Shown piece by piece: positions 9,690 through 17,359 of a stretch of DNA of 64,000 nucleotides. The DNA lies in contig CBDUPA010000001.1 of assembly GCA_965368975.1 (NCBI GenBank), positions 320,001 through 384,000 of the forward strand, written 5' to 3'. The notes beneath the pieces are model-generated. The model was given only the letters and a program-made list of their open reading frames with translations, was not told where the DNA came from and searched no databases. This stretch comes from an uncultured bacterium (GTDB taxonomy: Bacteria > Acidobacteriota > Thermoanaerobaculia > Multivoradales > JAHZIX01). The translations under genes were made by a program, and so were the position numbers. The first letter of the stretch is position 1, and every line of letters starts with the position of its first letter.

Positions 9690-10089
9690 AGTCGCTGCGG
9701 ATCGTGAGCGCGTCTACGTCCTCGATGCATCCGCGCTTCTAGCCATGCTGCGGGAAGAACCCGGAGGCGAGATCGTCGAGGCCGTTATCGAGAACTCCTT
9801 GCTCTGCGCCGTCAATTGGTCCGAGGTCGTCCAGAAGGCGATCGCCTACGATCTCGATGCGGAGGCAATCCGGGCCGACCTCGAAGCGCTTGGGTTGCAG
9901 ATCGTTCCTTTTACCGCAGAAGACGCCGAGACCGCCGCCGAGCTTTGGCGGGTGACGCATACCCACGGCCTGTCGCTCGGTGATCGGGCTTGTCTCGCGC
10001 TCGCCGGGCGTCAGAAGCTGCCCGCGTTGACGGCCGACCGAGCGTGGGGCGGCCTGCCGATCGATCTGTCGATCGAGTGCTTGCGTTGA
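9682..10089 (+). CDS. vapC: VapC PIN-domain toxin
   Basis: VLDASALLA, NWSEV, LSLGDRACLA and LTADRAW PIN motifs. Confidence 0.9.
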   Translation: MVEVAADRERVYVLDASALLAMLREEPGGEIVEAVIENSLLCAVNWSEVVQKAIAYDLDAEAIRADLEALGLQIVPFTAEDAETAAELWRVTHTHGLSLGDRACLALAGRQKLPALTADRAWGGLPIDLSIECLR

Positions 10090-10931
10090 CCTCGACCTCC
10101 GACGGTGGGGGTCACAGAGGACGGAGTAGCAAGAAGTTTCTTCCCATCCGTTCCGCCTCTTCGTGGCTTGTAGGTGCACTGTGCATCTTCCCCCTCCTCT
10201 TCCTGGCCGCCCTCTCCCTGTCCCATCGCTGGCAAGTCCCCCACATCCTGCCCACCGGCTTCGATCCCAGCCGCTGGCAAGAAGTCCTCACCGGCCAAGG
10301 CCAGCTGGGTGAAAGCTTGGCGCTCTCCCTGACCCTCTCCCTCAGCGTCGCGACCCTGAGCACCGTCGCCGGCTACCTGACCTCGCGCGCCATCGCCTAC
10401 TCCCCGCACCGGCGTCAGCTCTTGTTGCTGGCCTACATCCCCTTCGCCTTCTCCCCGGTCATCCTCGGCACCTGCCTGCTCTTCCTGTTCATCAAGCTCA
10501 ACCTCGCCGGCACCGTCCCCGGCGTCATCCTGGCGCAGACCCTCTTCTCCTACGGCTTCGCCATCGTCTTCTTCATGAGCTTCTGGACGCCGCAGAAGAA
10601 GGCCTACGAAGACCTCGTGCATACCCTCGGCGGCAGCACCTGGGACGCCTACCGCCACGCGCTGTTACCCTTGTCCACCGGTATGCTCCTCGTCTGCTTC
10701 TTCCAATGCTTCCTGATCTCCTGGTTCCACTACGGCATCACCCTGCTCGTCGGTTCCGGCAAGATCAAGACCCTGCCGCTCAAAGTCTTCGACAGCATCC
10801 GCGAAGCCAACCCGTACTACGCCGCCCTCGCCGCCTGCCTGCTCGTCCTGCCGCCCTTCCTCCTGCTGCTGGTCAACAAACACTTCCTGCCCGAACCTCT
10901 GCGTGACCCTGGGGAAGGGGCCCGAGTATGA
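10086..10931 (+). CDS. ABC transporter permease (second membrane subunit)
   Basis: Hydrophobic segments, YEDLVHTLGGS EAA-like loop, LLVGSGKIKTLPL. TTG start overlaps the vapC stop (TTGA). Confidence 0.82.
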   Translation: MTSTSDGGGHRGRSSKKFLPIRSASSWLVGALCIFPLLFLAALSLSHRWQVPHILPTGFDPSRWQEVLTGQGQLGESLALSLTLSLSVATLSTVAGYLTSRAIAYSPHRRQLLLLAYIPFAFSPVILGTCLLFLFIKLNLAGTVPGVILAQTLFSYGFAIVFFMSFWTPQKKAYEDLVHTLGGSTWDAYRHALLPLSTGMLLVCFFQCFLISWFHYGITLLVGSGKIKTLPLKVFDSIREANPYYAALAACLLVLPPFLLLLVNKHFLPEPLRDPGEGARV

Positions 10932-11701
10932 GCGAGCGCGTCCTGCTGTGCGTCGACGGCCTGCGCAAGGCCTTCGCCGGCCAAGGTAGCAACGCGAGTG
11001 AAGCTGTGTTGCACGACGTCACCTTCGACCTGCACCAGCACGAGACCCTCGCCGTCGTCGGTCGCTCGGGCAGCGGCAAGACCACCCTGCTCAGAATCCT
11101 CGCCGGCCTCGAAGCTCCCGACGCCGGCAGGTGTGTCCTGGGAGGGCGCGACCTGGCAGGGGTAGCACCTCAGCAGCGTGGCGTGCTCTATCTCTACCAA
11201 GAGCCCCTGCTCTTCCCCCACCTCGACGTGCGCGCCAACCTCGCCTTCGGCCTGCGCTTGCGCAAGGTGCCCGCTGCCGAGGCACGCCAGAGAGTCGACG
11301 CCATGCTGCGCGAGCTCGACCTCAGCGAGCATGCGGCCAAAGCCCCGCACCAGCTCTCCGGCGGTCAGCGCCAGCGCGTCTCCTTCGGTCGCGCGCTGCT
11401 CGTCGAGCCGCGCCTGCTGCTGCTCGACGAGCCCTTCGGTGCCCTCGACGCCGACACCCGCACCCGCATGCAAGACCTCTTCCGCCGCATCGCCGAGCGG
11501 TACCGCATCTCGGCCCTCTTCGTCACCCACGACCTCAAAGAAGCGATCCTCATGGGCGACCGCGTCGCGCACCTGCAAGCCGGCCGCCTGCGCCTCTTCG
11601 AACACCTCGAAGAGATGGTCGCCGACCCCGACCTCGGTGTGCGCCAAGAACTCGACTTCTGGACATCCCTACCTCGACCGACGCAAGGAGACGCACCATG
11701 A
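10928..11701 (+). CDS. ABC transporter ATP-binding protein (PotA/YnjD-like)
   Basis: Walker A GRSGSGKT, signature LSGGQ, Walker B LLLLDEPF, FVTHD. Confidence 0.95.
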   Translation: MSERVLLCVDGLRKAFAGQGSNASEAVLHDVTFDLHQHETLAVVGRSGSGKTTLLRILAGLEAPDAGRCVLGGRDLAGVAPQQRGVLYLYQEPLLFPHLDVRANLAFGLRLRKVPAAEARQRVDAMLRELDLSEHAAKAPHQLSGGQRQRVSFGRALLVEPRLLLLDEPFGALDADTRTRMQDLFRRIAERYRISALFVTHDLKEAILMGDRVAHLQAGRLRLFEHLEEMVADPDLGVRQELDFWTSLPRPTQGDAP

Positions 11702-13110
11702 CCGCTGCCCTCGAGTCCTCGTCCGCAACTCGGCTGACCGCTGTCGTCGTCGCCAACGGTCTCGAGGGGCTGCGGGAGTGCTTTCCCTGTTACGGGATTC
11801 CGGCTGCGGCGGGCGGGCAGACTCTGCAGGTGGACTACCGCTTCCAAGAAGTCGAGGCCGGCTTCCGTCTCGACCTCACCGGTGCTGATCTGCTGATCGT
11901 GCCCAACGGTAGCGACCACGTCGCGATGCTCGGTGTACGCGACCAAGTGCGCGCTTTCCTCGACGCTGGCGGTGCCGTCTTCTGCTTCGACGGCTGGTTC
12001 ACCGACTGGGTCCCCGGCCACCGCTGGCGTCACGACAACAGCAAGGCCACCCGCGACATCCGCTACCGCGTTGCCACCGACCGTCACGGCCTGTTCGATG
12101 GCATCGACCTCGACCCCTTCATCTTCCACCACGGCATCAGCGGCTGGTGGGCCTGTGGCGCCATCGAGCCGGCCGGAGGCGCCGACGTGCTGCTCGAAGA
12201 CACCTGGGGCCGCGCCATGGTCGTGCTCGACGAGACCACCACCCCCGGCTTGCTCGCGCTCACCGCCAGCGGTCCCCTGGCCGGCGCCCTGACCGACGAC
12301 GTGGGCGGTCCGGCTTTGGTGCCGCTGTATCACCGACTGTTGCACCGGGTCGCCGCGCACCGCGCCCGGCTCGATCACTGTCCGGGGGACCAGGTGCCCT
12401 CGCGGCCGGCGCGCGATGGTGCTTCCGACACCGACCCGTCCGCCAGGATCAACCACGACGCTCGTATCGGCGTGCTGTTCAACGGCGTCTGGTCGCAATA
12501 CGCCTTCGCCACCGCGCCCAAGTATCGCGGCCTCTACGACCTCGTCTACGTCCACGACCTGAGCTACGAACGCATTCGCCACCTCGACGCCCTCGTGGTC
12601 CCCTTCCAGAGCCACCAGCCGGCCATCACCGCGCGTCGAGAGGCGATCTACCGCTTCCTCGCCGACGGCAAGAAAGTCGCCGTCTTTGGTGATTCCGATA
12701 GCGACTGGATCGACGCCACCTGGGAGAGCCGCCCCGTCGACAACTACTGGTGGGTCACAGACCCGACGTCGCCGCCGATCAGCGATACCGACTACAGCCA
12801 CCCCGTCTATACCGGCCTGATCCCGCGCCATGCCTGCTGGCACGTGCACGGCGTCTACACGCAGGTGCCCGCCGAAGCCCGCGTCATCCAGCGCAACGAA
12901 GAAGGCGAATCGATCACCTGGCAGACCGAGGCCCACGGTGGCGTCCTCTTTGCCTCCACCCTCGACCCGATCGTCGAGCACGGCATCCAGCAGATCCGCC
13001 ACCTCGACAACTACTGCGACCGTCTCACCGCCTGGCTGTGCGGCACGACGCCTGGCGGTGCCTTCGCGCTCGACCCGGCCGTCTATGGCGTCGATCGCTT
13101 GGCCCTCTGA
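11698..13110 (+). CDS. Uncharacterised two-domain protein; tandem class I glutamine-amidotransferase-like folds (inferred)
   Basis: ATGA overlap with the ATPase. The halves are similar (DLLIVP...VRAFLDAGGAVF vs DALVVP...IYRFLADGKKVAVF) and joined by a linker. His-rich motifs FHHG and HACWHVHG. Confidence 0.6.
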   Translation: MTAALESSSATRLTAVVVANGLEGLRECFPCYGIPAAAGGQTLQVDYRFQEVEAGFRLDLTGADLLIVPNGSDHVAMLGVRDQVRAFLDAGGAVFCFDGWFTDWVPGHRWRHDNSKATRDIRYRVATDRHGLFDGIDLDPFIFHHGISGWWACGAIEPAGGADVLLEDTWGRAMVVLDETTTPGLLALTASGPLAGALTDDVGGPALVPLYHRLLHRVAAHRARLDHCPGDQVPSRPARDGASDTDPSARINHDARIGVLFNGVWSQYAFATAPKYRGLYDLVYVHDLSYERIRHLDALVVPFQSHQPAITARREAIYRFLADGKKVAVFGDSDSDWIDATWESRPVDNYWWVTDPTSPPISDTDYSHPVYTGLIPRHACWHVHGVYTQVPAEARVIQRNEEGESITWQTEAHGGVLFASTLDPIVEHGIQQIRHLDNYCDRLTAWLCGTTPGGAFALDPAVYGVDRLAL

Positions 13111-13165
13111 TCTGGCCCTCTGCTCTGGCCCTCTGACTAGGCCCTCTGACTAGGCCCTCTGACCT
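13101..13165. repeat. 5 x 13-bp tandem repeat
   Basis: GGCCCTCTG(A/C)xxx units start at 13101, 13114, 13127, 13140 and 13153, spanning the upstream stop codon. Confidence 0.9.
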
Positions 13166-13184
13166 GGTACGCTGAGACCCAACC

Positions 13185-14234
13185 ATGAACGATCCCTTGG
13201 CAGTCCACCTAGCAGTCCAAACCGGCCCCTCCAAACTCGAACAGGCTGACTACGACCACTGCGAGTCGGTCTACTGGGTGTTCACCCAACTGTGCAACGA
13301 CGAGTGCGATCACTGCTACAACCTCAGCGGCCCGCGCGGCGCGACCCTCACGCTGGAGGAATGCCTGGCCATCGTCGCCAACCTGCCGTCGCGCATCGAC
13401 CGCCTGATCCTCTCCGGCGGCGAGCCACTGGCCGAGCGCAAGAAGCTCTACGCCATCCTCGACGCTGTGCGCGAGCGCTACGGCGACGCCACCCAGGTCA
13501 TGTTGCAGACCAACGGCGACCTGCTCAACGAGCAGCGCCTAGACGAGATCCTAGAGCGCGGCGTCACGCGCATCGACATCGCCTCCATCGACCGCTACCA
13601 CAAGAAGCAAGGCGAGCGAAGAGCGGACCTCGAAGCCCTCTTTCGCTCGCGCGGCATGGTCGACGACAACCCCGATCCGCTGATCACCAAGGACGACTAC
13701 CTCAAGCCCGACGCCGCCAGCTTCGGCTTCTGGGGCGCCACCGAAGACATGTGGCTGGGTGGCAACTGGGCGCGTGGCCGCGCGATGGAGACGGGGATCT
13801 GGAAGCGCGACGGCAGTCACAACTTCTGCGCCATCCTCAGCGGCGGCCGCGGCTTCCTCGGCGGCACCGACCTGCCGCAGGAGATCTCGATCCAGCTCTG
13901 GCGCATCAACCCGTGCTGCCCCGGCACCAAAGAGCCGATGGGCGATGCGCGCGTCGAGAAAGTGAGTGACGTGCTGCGCCGGGTGGCCCAGTCGCCGGTG
14001 TTCCAGAAGCTCAACACAGGCGATGCGTACGCACTCGGAGAAGCGCTCGAGAAGAGCGATGGCGTCGATCGTGCCTACGGCCTGCGCCGCGCGCTCGAAC
14101 TTGGCAACGTCTGCCTGTGGTGCGACGAGTTCTTCGACCGTCACTTCGACATGGCGACGCTCGCCGAGAAACCCGCCGCACCGATCCCGGAGGGGCAAGT
14201 GGTGGCGAAGCCGGTGCTACCCGTCCTCCGCTGA
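13185..14234 (+). CDS. Radical SAM protein with Cys-rich C-terminal extension
   Basis: CNDECDHC (CxxxCxxC), SGGEP and QTNG. Extra Cys in NFC, NPCC and CLWC. Confidence 0.9.
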   Translation: MNDPLAVHLAVQTGPSKLEQADYDHCESVYWVFTQLCNDECDHCYNLSGPRGATLTLEECLAIVANLPSRIDRLILSGGEPLAERKKLYAILDAVRERYGDATQVMLQTNGDLLNEQRLDEILERGVTRIDIASIDRYHKKQGERRADLEALFRSRGMVDDNPDPLITKDDYLKPDAASFGFWGATEDMWLGGNWARGRAMETGIWKRDGSHNFCAILSGGRGFLGGTDLPQEISIQLWRINPCCPGTKEPMGDARVEKVSDVLRRVAQSPVFQKLNTGDAYALGEALEKSDGVDRAYGLRRALELGNVCLWCDEFFDRHFDMATLAEKPAAPIPEGQVVAKPVLPVLR

Positions 14235-15737
14235 AGCGTCCTCCGCTGAAGCGTCACCGGCTTCCTTGGCCGGACCCACGCGCTCCAGGATCCACGCCGT
14301 CACCGTGTCCAGGACTTGCGGCGCGATCGTCGTCTCGATCTCGGCGTACTCCTGGGCGCTTCCGGTCTTGGCCGGTTGCATCAAGTGATTGATTCCGGCG
14401 ACGGTCAGGATCGTCGCGTCGTCGTTGCCGGCGGCTTCGAGCGCGGCCTGAATCGCGGTCAAGTTCTGTTCGGCGTCGACCTGTGAGTCGAGATTGCCGT
14501 TGACGGCGAGCACAGGCGACTTGACCTGGCGTAGGGCAGGGGCCGGATCGTAGGCGATGAAGTGGCGGTACCAGGGAGTGAGCAGGGGCTGGATCTGGGC
14601 CGCCGCGGCCTCGGCGCCGATGAAGGGCGTCAGCTTGTCGATCAGCTTCTGCCGCAGCACGGCTTCGTCGGCCTCGCTCTCCATCAGGTCGAAGATCTGC
14701 CGCTGCAGCGCGGCGTTCTGCGACGCGACCTGCGGCGGCAAGCCGGCGGCCAGGTTGAGGCGCTCGACCTGGCGCACGATCAGGTCGTCGCCGGGCACGC
14801 CAGGAGCACCGAAGAAGACGTAGAAGGCGACCGAGACGCCGTACTTCTCGTGGAAGCGCTGAGCGGCGAGAGGGGCGATCAGGCCGCCTTCGCTGTGGCC
14901 CAGGATGCCGATCCGGGAAGTGTCGATCTCGAGCCGGCTCATGAGCGCATGCAAGCTGAGCGCGGCGTCGTCGGCGAAGTCGAGAATGGTGGCGTTGTCG
15001 AGCGGTCCCTCGGACTCACCGACGCCCCTGTCGTCGACGCGCAGGACGGCGATGCCGGCGCGAGCGAAGTGGTCGGCGAGCACCAGGAACGGCTTGTGTC
15101 CGAACAGAGTCTCGTCGCGATCTTGCTGGCCGCTGCCCGAAAGTAGCAGGATAGCGGGGTAGGGACCTTTGCCGTGGGTCTCCTCGTCGGGCAGCGTCAG
15201 CGTGGCGGCGAGGGTGACGGGGCCGTTGCTGGTGTCGTGGCCGTAGACGAGATCCTGGCTGCGATACGGGAAGGGTGGCTCGGGCGTCTGTGGACGCACG
15301 GGTGCGGCCGGTGCGGGCGCTGCGGGATCGGGACGCTGGAAGGTCAAGGGCAAGCTGGCGCCGCCCTGGTGAAAGGTGCCGACGATCTCGCCTTCCTGCA
15401 GGCTGCCTTCGAAGCGTGGCTCGCCCATGCCGGGCAGGGTGAAGCGCAGTTGGTCGCCCTCGACCTGGACGCTCGGCAGCGCCACGCCCTGGGCGCCTTG
15501 CTGCGGTACGTCGACGGTGCCGCTCCAGCTGCCGTCCTGCGCATCGAGGTGGATGTGGAAAACCAGGCTGCCGCCGGGAATCTCCAGCGTGCCCTTCCAG
15601 GAACCGTTCGCCCAGGTATCGTTGGTCTCCTGGCTTGCGGTGGGTGGTTCGTCTGTCGCAGGCCAGGGTGCGGCGATCAGCGGCACGCTCAGCAGAGCGA
15701 GGAGCAGGGGAGCGAGCAAGGCGATACGGGTTTTCAT
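14217..15737 (-). CDS. Secreted alpha/beta hydrolase (esterase/peptidase)
   Basis: Signal peptide, LSGSGQQDRDE, DDRGVGES, nucleophile GHSEGG, GNLDSQV and INHL triad motifs. Confidence 0.88.
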   Translation of the reverse strand: MKTRIALLAPLLLALLSVPLIAAPWPATDEPPTASQETNDTWANGSWKGTLEIPGGSLVFHIHLDAQDGSWSGTVDVPQQGAQGVALPSVQVEGDQLRFTLPGMGEPRFEGSLQEGEIVGTFHQGGASLPLTFQRPDPAAPAPAAPVRPQTPEPPFPYRSQDLVYGHDTSNGPVTLAATLTLPDEETHGKGPYPAILLLSGSGQQDRDETLFGHKPFLVLADHFARAGIAVLRVDDRGVGESEGPLDNATILDFADDAALSLHALMSRLEIDTSRIGILGHSEGGLIAPLAAQRFHEKYGVSVAFYVFFGAPGVPGDDLIVRQVERLNLAAGLPPQVASQNAALQRQIFDLMESEADEAVLRQKLIDKLTPFIGAEAAAAQIQPLLTPWYRHFIAYDPAPALRQVKSPVLAVNGNLDSQVDAEQNLTAIQAALEAAGNDDATILTVAGINHLMQPAKTGSAQEYAEIETTIAPQVLDTVTAWILERVGPAKEAGDASAEDASAEDG

Positions 15738-15768
15738 AGGTTTTCCATTCTACGGTGGGTGGCGCGTC

Positions 15769-16089
15769 TCAGGCGTCTTCGACCACGACCGCGGTGCCGT
15801 AGACCATCAGCTCGGCGGCGCCCTGGGCCACCATGGAGGTGGAGAAGCGGACTTCGAGGATGGCGTTGGCGCGCAGGCCGCGAGCTTCATCGACCATGCG
15901 GTCGAGAGCCTGTTCACGCGATTCGGCGAACAGCTTGGTGTACTCGCTGACTTCGCCACCGACCAGGTTGCGCAGTCCAGCCAGGATGTCGCGGCCGACG
16001 TGGCGGGCCCGGATGGTGTTGCCGCGCACCAGGCCGAGGGTGCGGGTGATGCGTTTGCCTTCGATGTGATTCGTGGTGACGATGATCAT
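15769..16089 (-). CDS. YbjQ / UPF0145 family protein
   Basis: MIIVTT...LGLVRG...GLRNLVGGE...SREQALDRM...YGTAV. Confidence 0.9.
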   Translation of the reverse strand: MIIVTTNHIEGKRITRTLGLVRGNTIRARHVGRDILAGLRNLVGGEVSEYTKLFAESREQALDRMVDEARGLRANAILEVRFSTSMVAQGAAELMVYGTAVVVEDA

Positions 16090-16580
16090 TTCTGAACCTC
16101 CCGGTAGCGATCGTGCTTCAAGGTGCGGATGCGGTCGAGGATGACGGAGAGCAGCAGTAGGACGCCGCCGGTGAGGCCACTGACGATCAGCAGCTTGGGC
16201 AGCAGCGGTCCCGGCTCGTGCAGCAGTTGCCACAGGCCGAAGCCGGTACTGATGAAGAACCAGAGGGCGACGAGCCACCAGCCGAGGTGACGGGACAGGT
16301 GGCTGAGTCTGCCGCGCGGTGCCTCGTCCCACTGATCGTCGGGCGGAAGGTCGAAGTGTGTGCTCATGGTGGTTTCTCGCAAGTGGGTCAGATCGTGGAG
16401 CAGGGTGCGGCAGGCGGCGCAATCTTCGAGATGAAGGCGCACGCGTTGCTCGTCCTGCTGGGTGAGAACACCATCGAGATAGCCGGACAGCAGGGCTTCG
16501 TCGAAGCCGCGCCGGCAGCTGGAGGTTGCCGTGGATGCTGCGCGCGTCGGAACTGGGGGCGGTGTCGAGGTCTCACGCAT
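16086..16580 (-). CDS. Zinc-finger (zf-HC2) anti-sigma factor, two TM helices
   Basis: LLSGYLDG and HLEDCAAC (HxxxCxxC). Lies directly downstream of the ECF sigma gene. Confidence 0.88.
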   Translation of the reverse strand: MRETSTPPPVPTRAASTATSSCRRGFDEALLSGYLDGVLTQQDEQRVRLHLEDCAACRTLLHDLTHLRETTMSTHFDLPPDDQWDEAPRGRLSHLSRHLGWWLVALWFFISTGFGLWQLLHEPGPLLPKLLIVSGLTGGVLLLLSVILDRIRTLKHDRYREVQK

Positions 16581-17199
16581 GGTCGTCTCCTTGCAGCTCC
16601 TGGCGCAGGCACTGCCGCGCGGCGTGCAGTCGCGACATGACGGTGCCCATCGGAATGCCCAGGACGCGCGCGATCTCGGCGTAGCTGAGGTCGTGGAAGT
16701 CCCGCAGTACCAGGATCTCGCGCTTGGCTTCGGGCAGCCTGGCCAGCGCTCGCCACAGCTGGCGGCGCAGTTCTGCCCGCTGCGCCGCGGCCTCGGGGTC
16801 TTCGGTGCCCGCGACGGGCTCGAGCAGCTGGCTGCTCAGTGCGTCGTCGAGCGACTCGGCGCGCCGCCGCTGCCGGCGCCGCCACAGGTCGTGGACGCGG
16901 TTGCGCACGATGCGCAGCAGCCAGGGACGCACCGGCCGTGCGGCGTCGAAGCGGTGCAGGGTGTGGAAGAAACGCAGCATGGCGTCCTGCGCCACGTCGA
17001 GCGCGTCGTCGCGGTTGCCGAGCAGCTGCAGGGCCAGCAGGTAGGCGTCGCGGCGATGATGCTCGGCCAGGGTCTCGCATGCCTGGGCCTGGCCCGCGCG
17101 TGCCTGCTCGACGAGCTGACGTTCGGTAGTCTCCCGCTCGCAGGGTTCGAGCTGCGCGGCAAGGCGTGGAGGAGTGGCCAGGGCCATCTCGGTGTTCAT
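16573..17199 (-). CDS. ECF RNA polymerase sigma factor
   Basis: DALDVAQDA and WLLRIVRN (region 2). LSYAEIARVLGIPMGTVMSRLHAAR (region 4). Confidence 0.93.
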   Translation of the reverse strand: MNTEMALATPPRLAAQLEPCERETTERQLVEQARAGQAQACETLAEHHRRDAYLLALQLLGNRDDALDVAQDAMLRFFHTLHRFDAARPVRPWLLRIVRNRVHDLWRRRQRRRAESLDDALSSQLLEPVAGTEDPEAAAQRAELRRQLWRALARLPEAKREILVLRDFHDLSYAEIARVLGIPMGTVMSRLHAARQCLRQELQGDDHA

Positions 17200-17359
17200 A
17201 TCTCAGCCTACGCACCAGGGCCGGAGTTTATTCGTGCGAAGTGTTGGAGGAGTGGTCGAATCGTAGCACTTCTGCCGCTGCCGCTTCGGACCGCGGGTAG
17301 GGGAGCGCGTGATATCGTCGCTGGGTTCAGTGAGTTGCAACCCACGAAGCGAAGGCGGT

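Noticed and set aside
11365-13002. Long antisense and alternative-frame ORFs (also 19097-20707, 30338-31939, 42262-43851, 59117-60754 and many more)
   Set aside because: They shadow well-supported genes, have no recognisable motifs and are expected in high-GC DNA.
13185-14234. Calling the radical SAM ArsS or a RiPP maturase
   Set aside because: It does not show the ArsS-type sequence around the CxxxCxxC motif as I recall it, and there is no precursor peptide or RRE nearby. Left unassigned.
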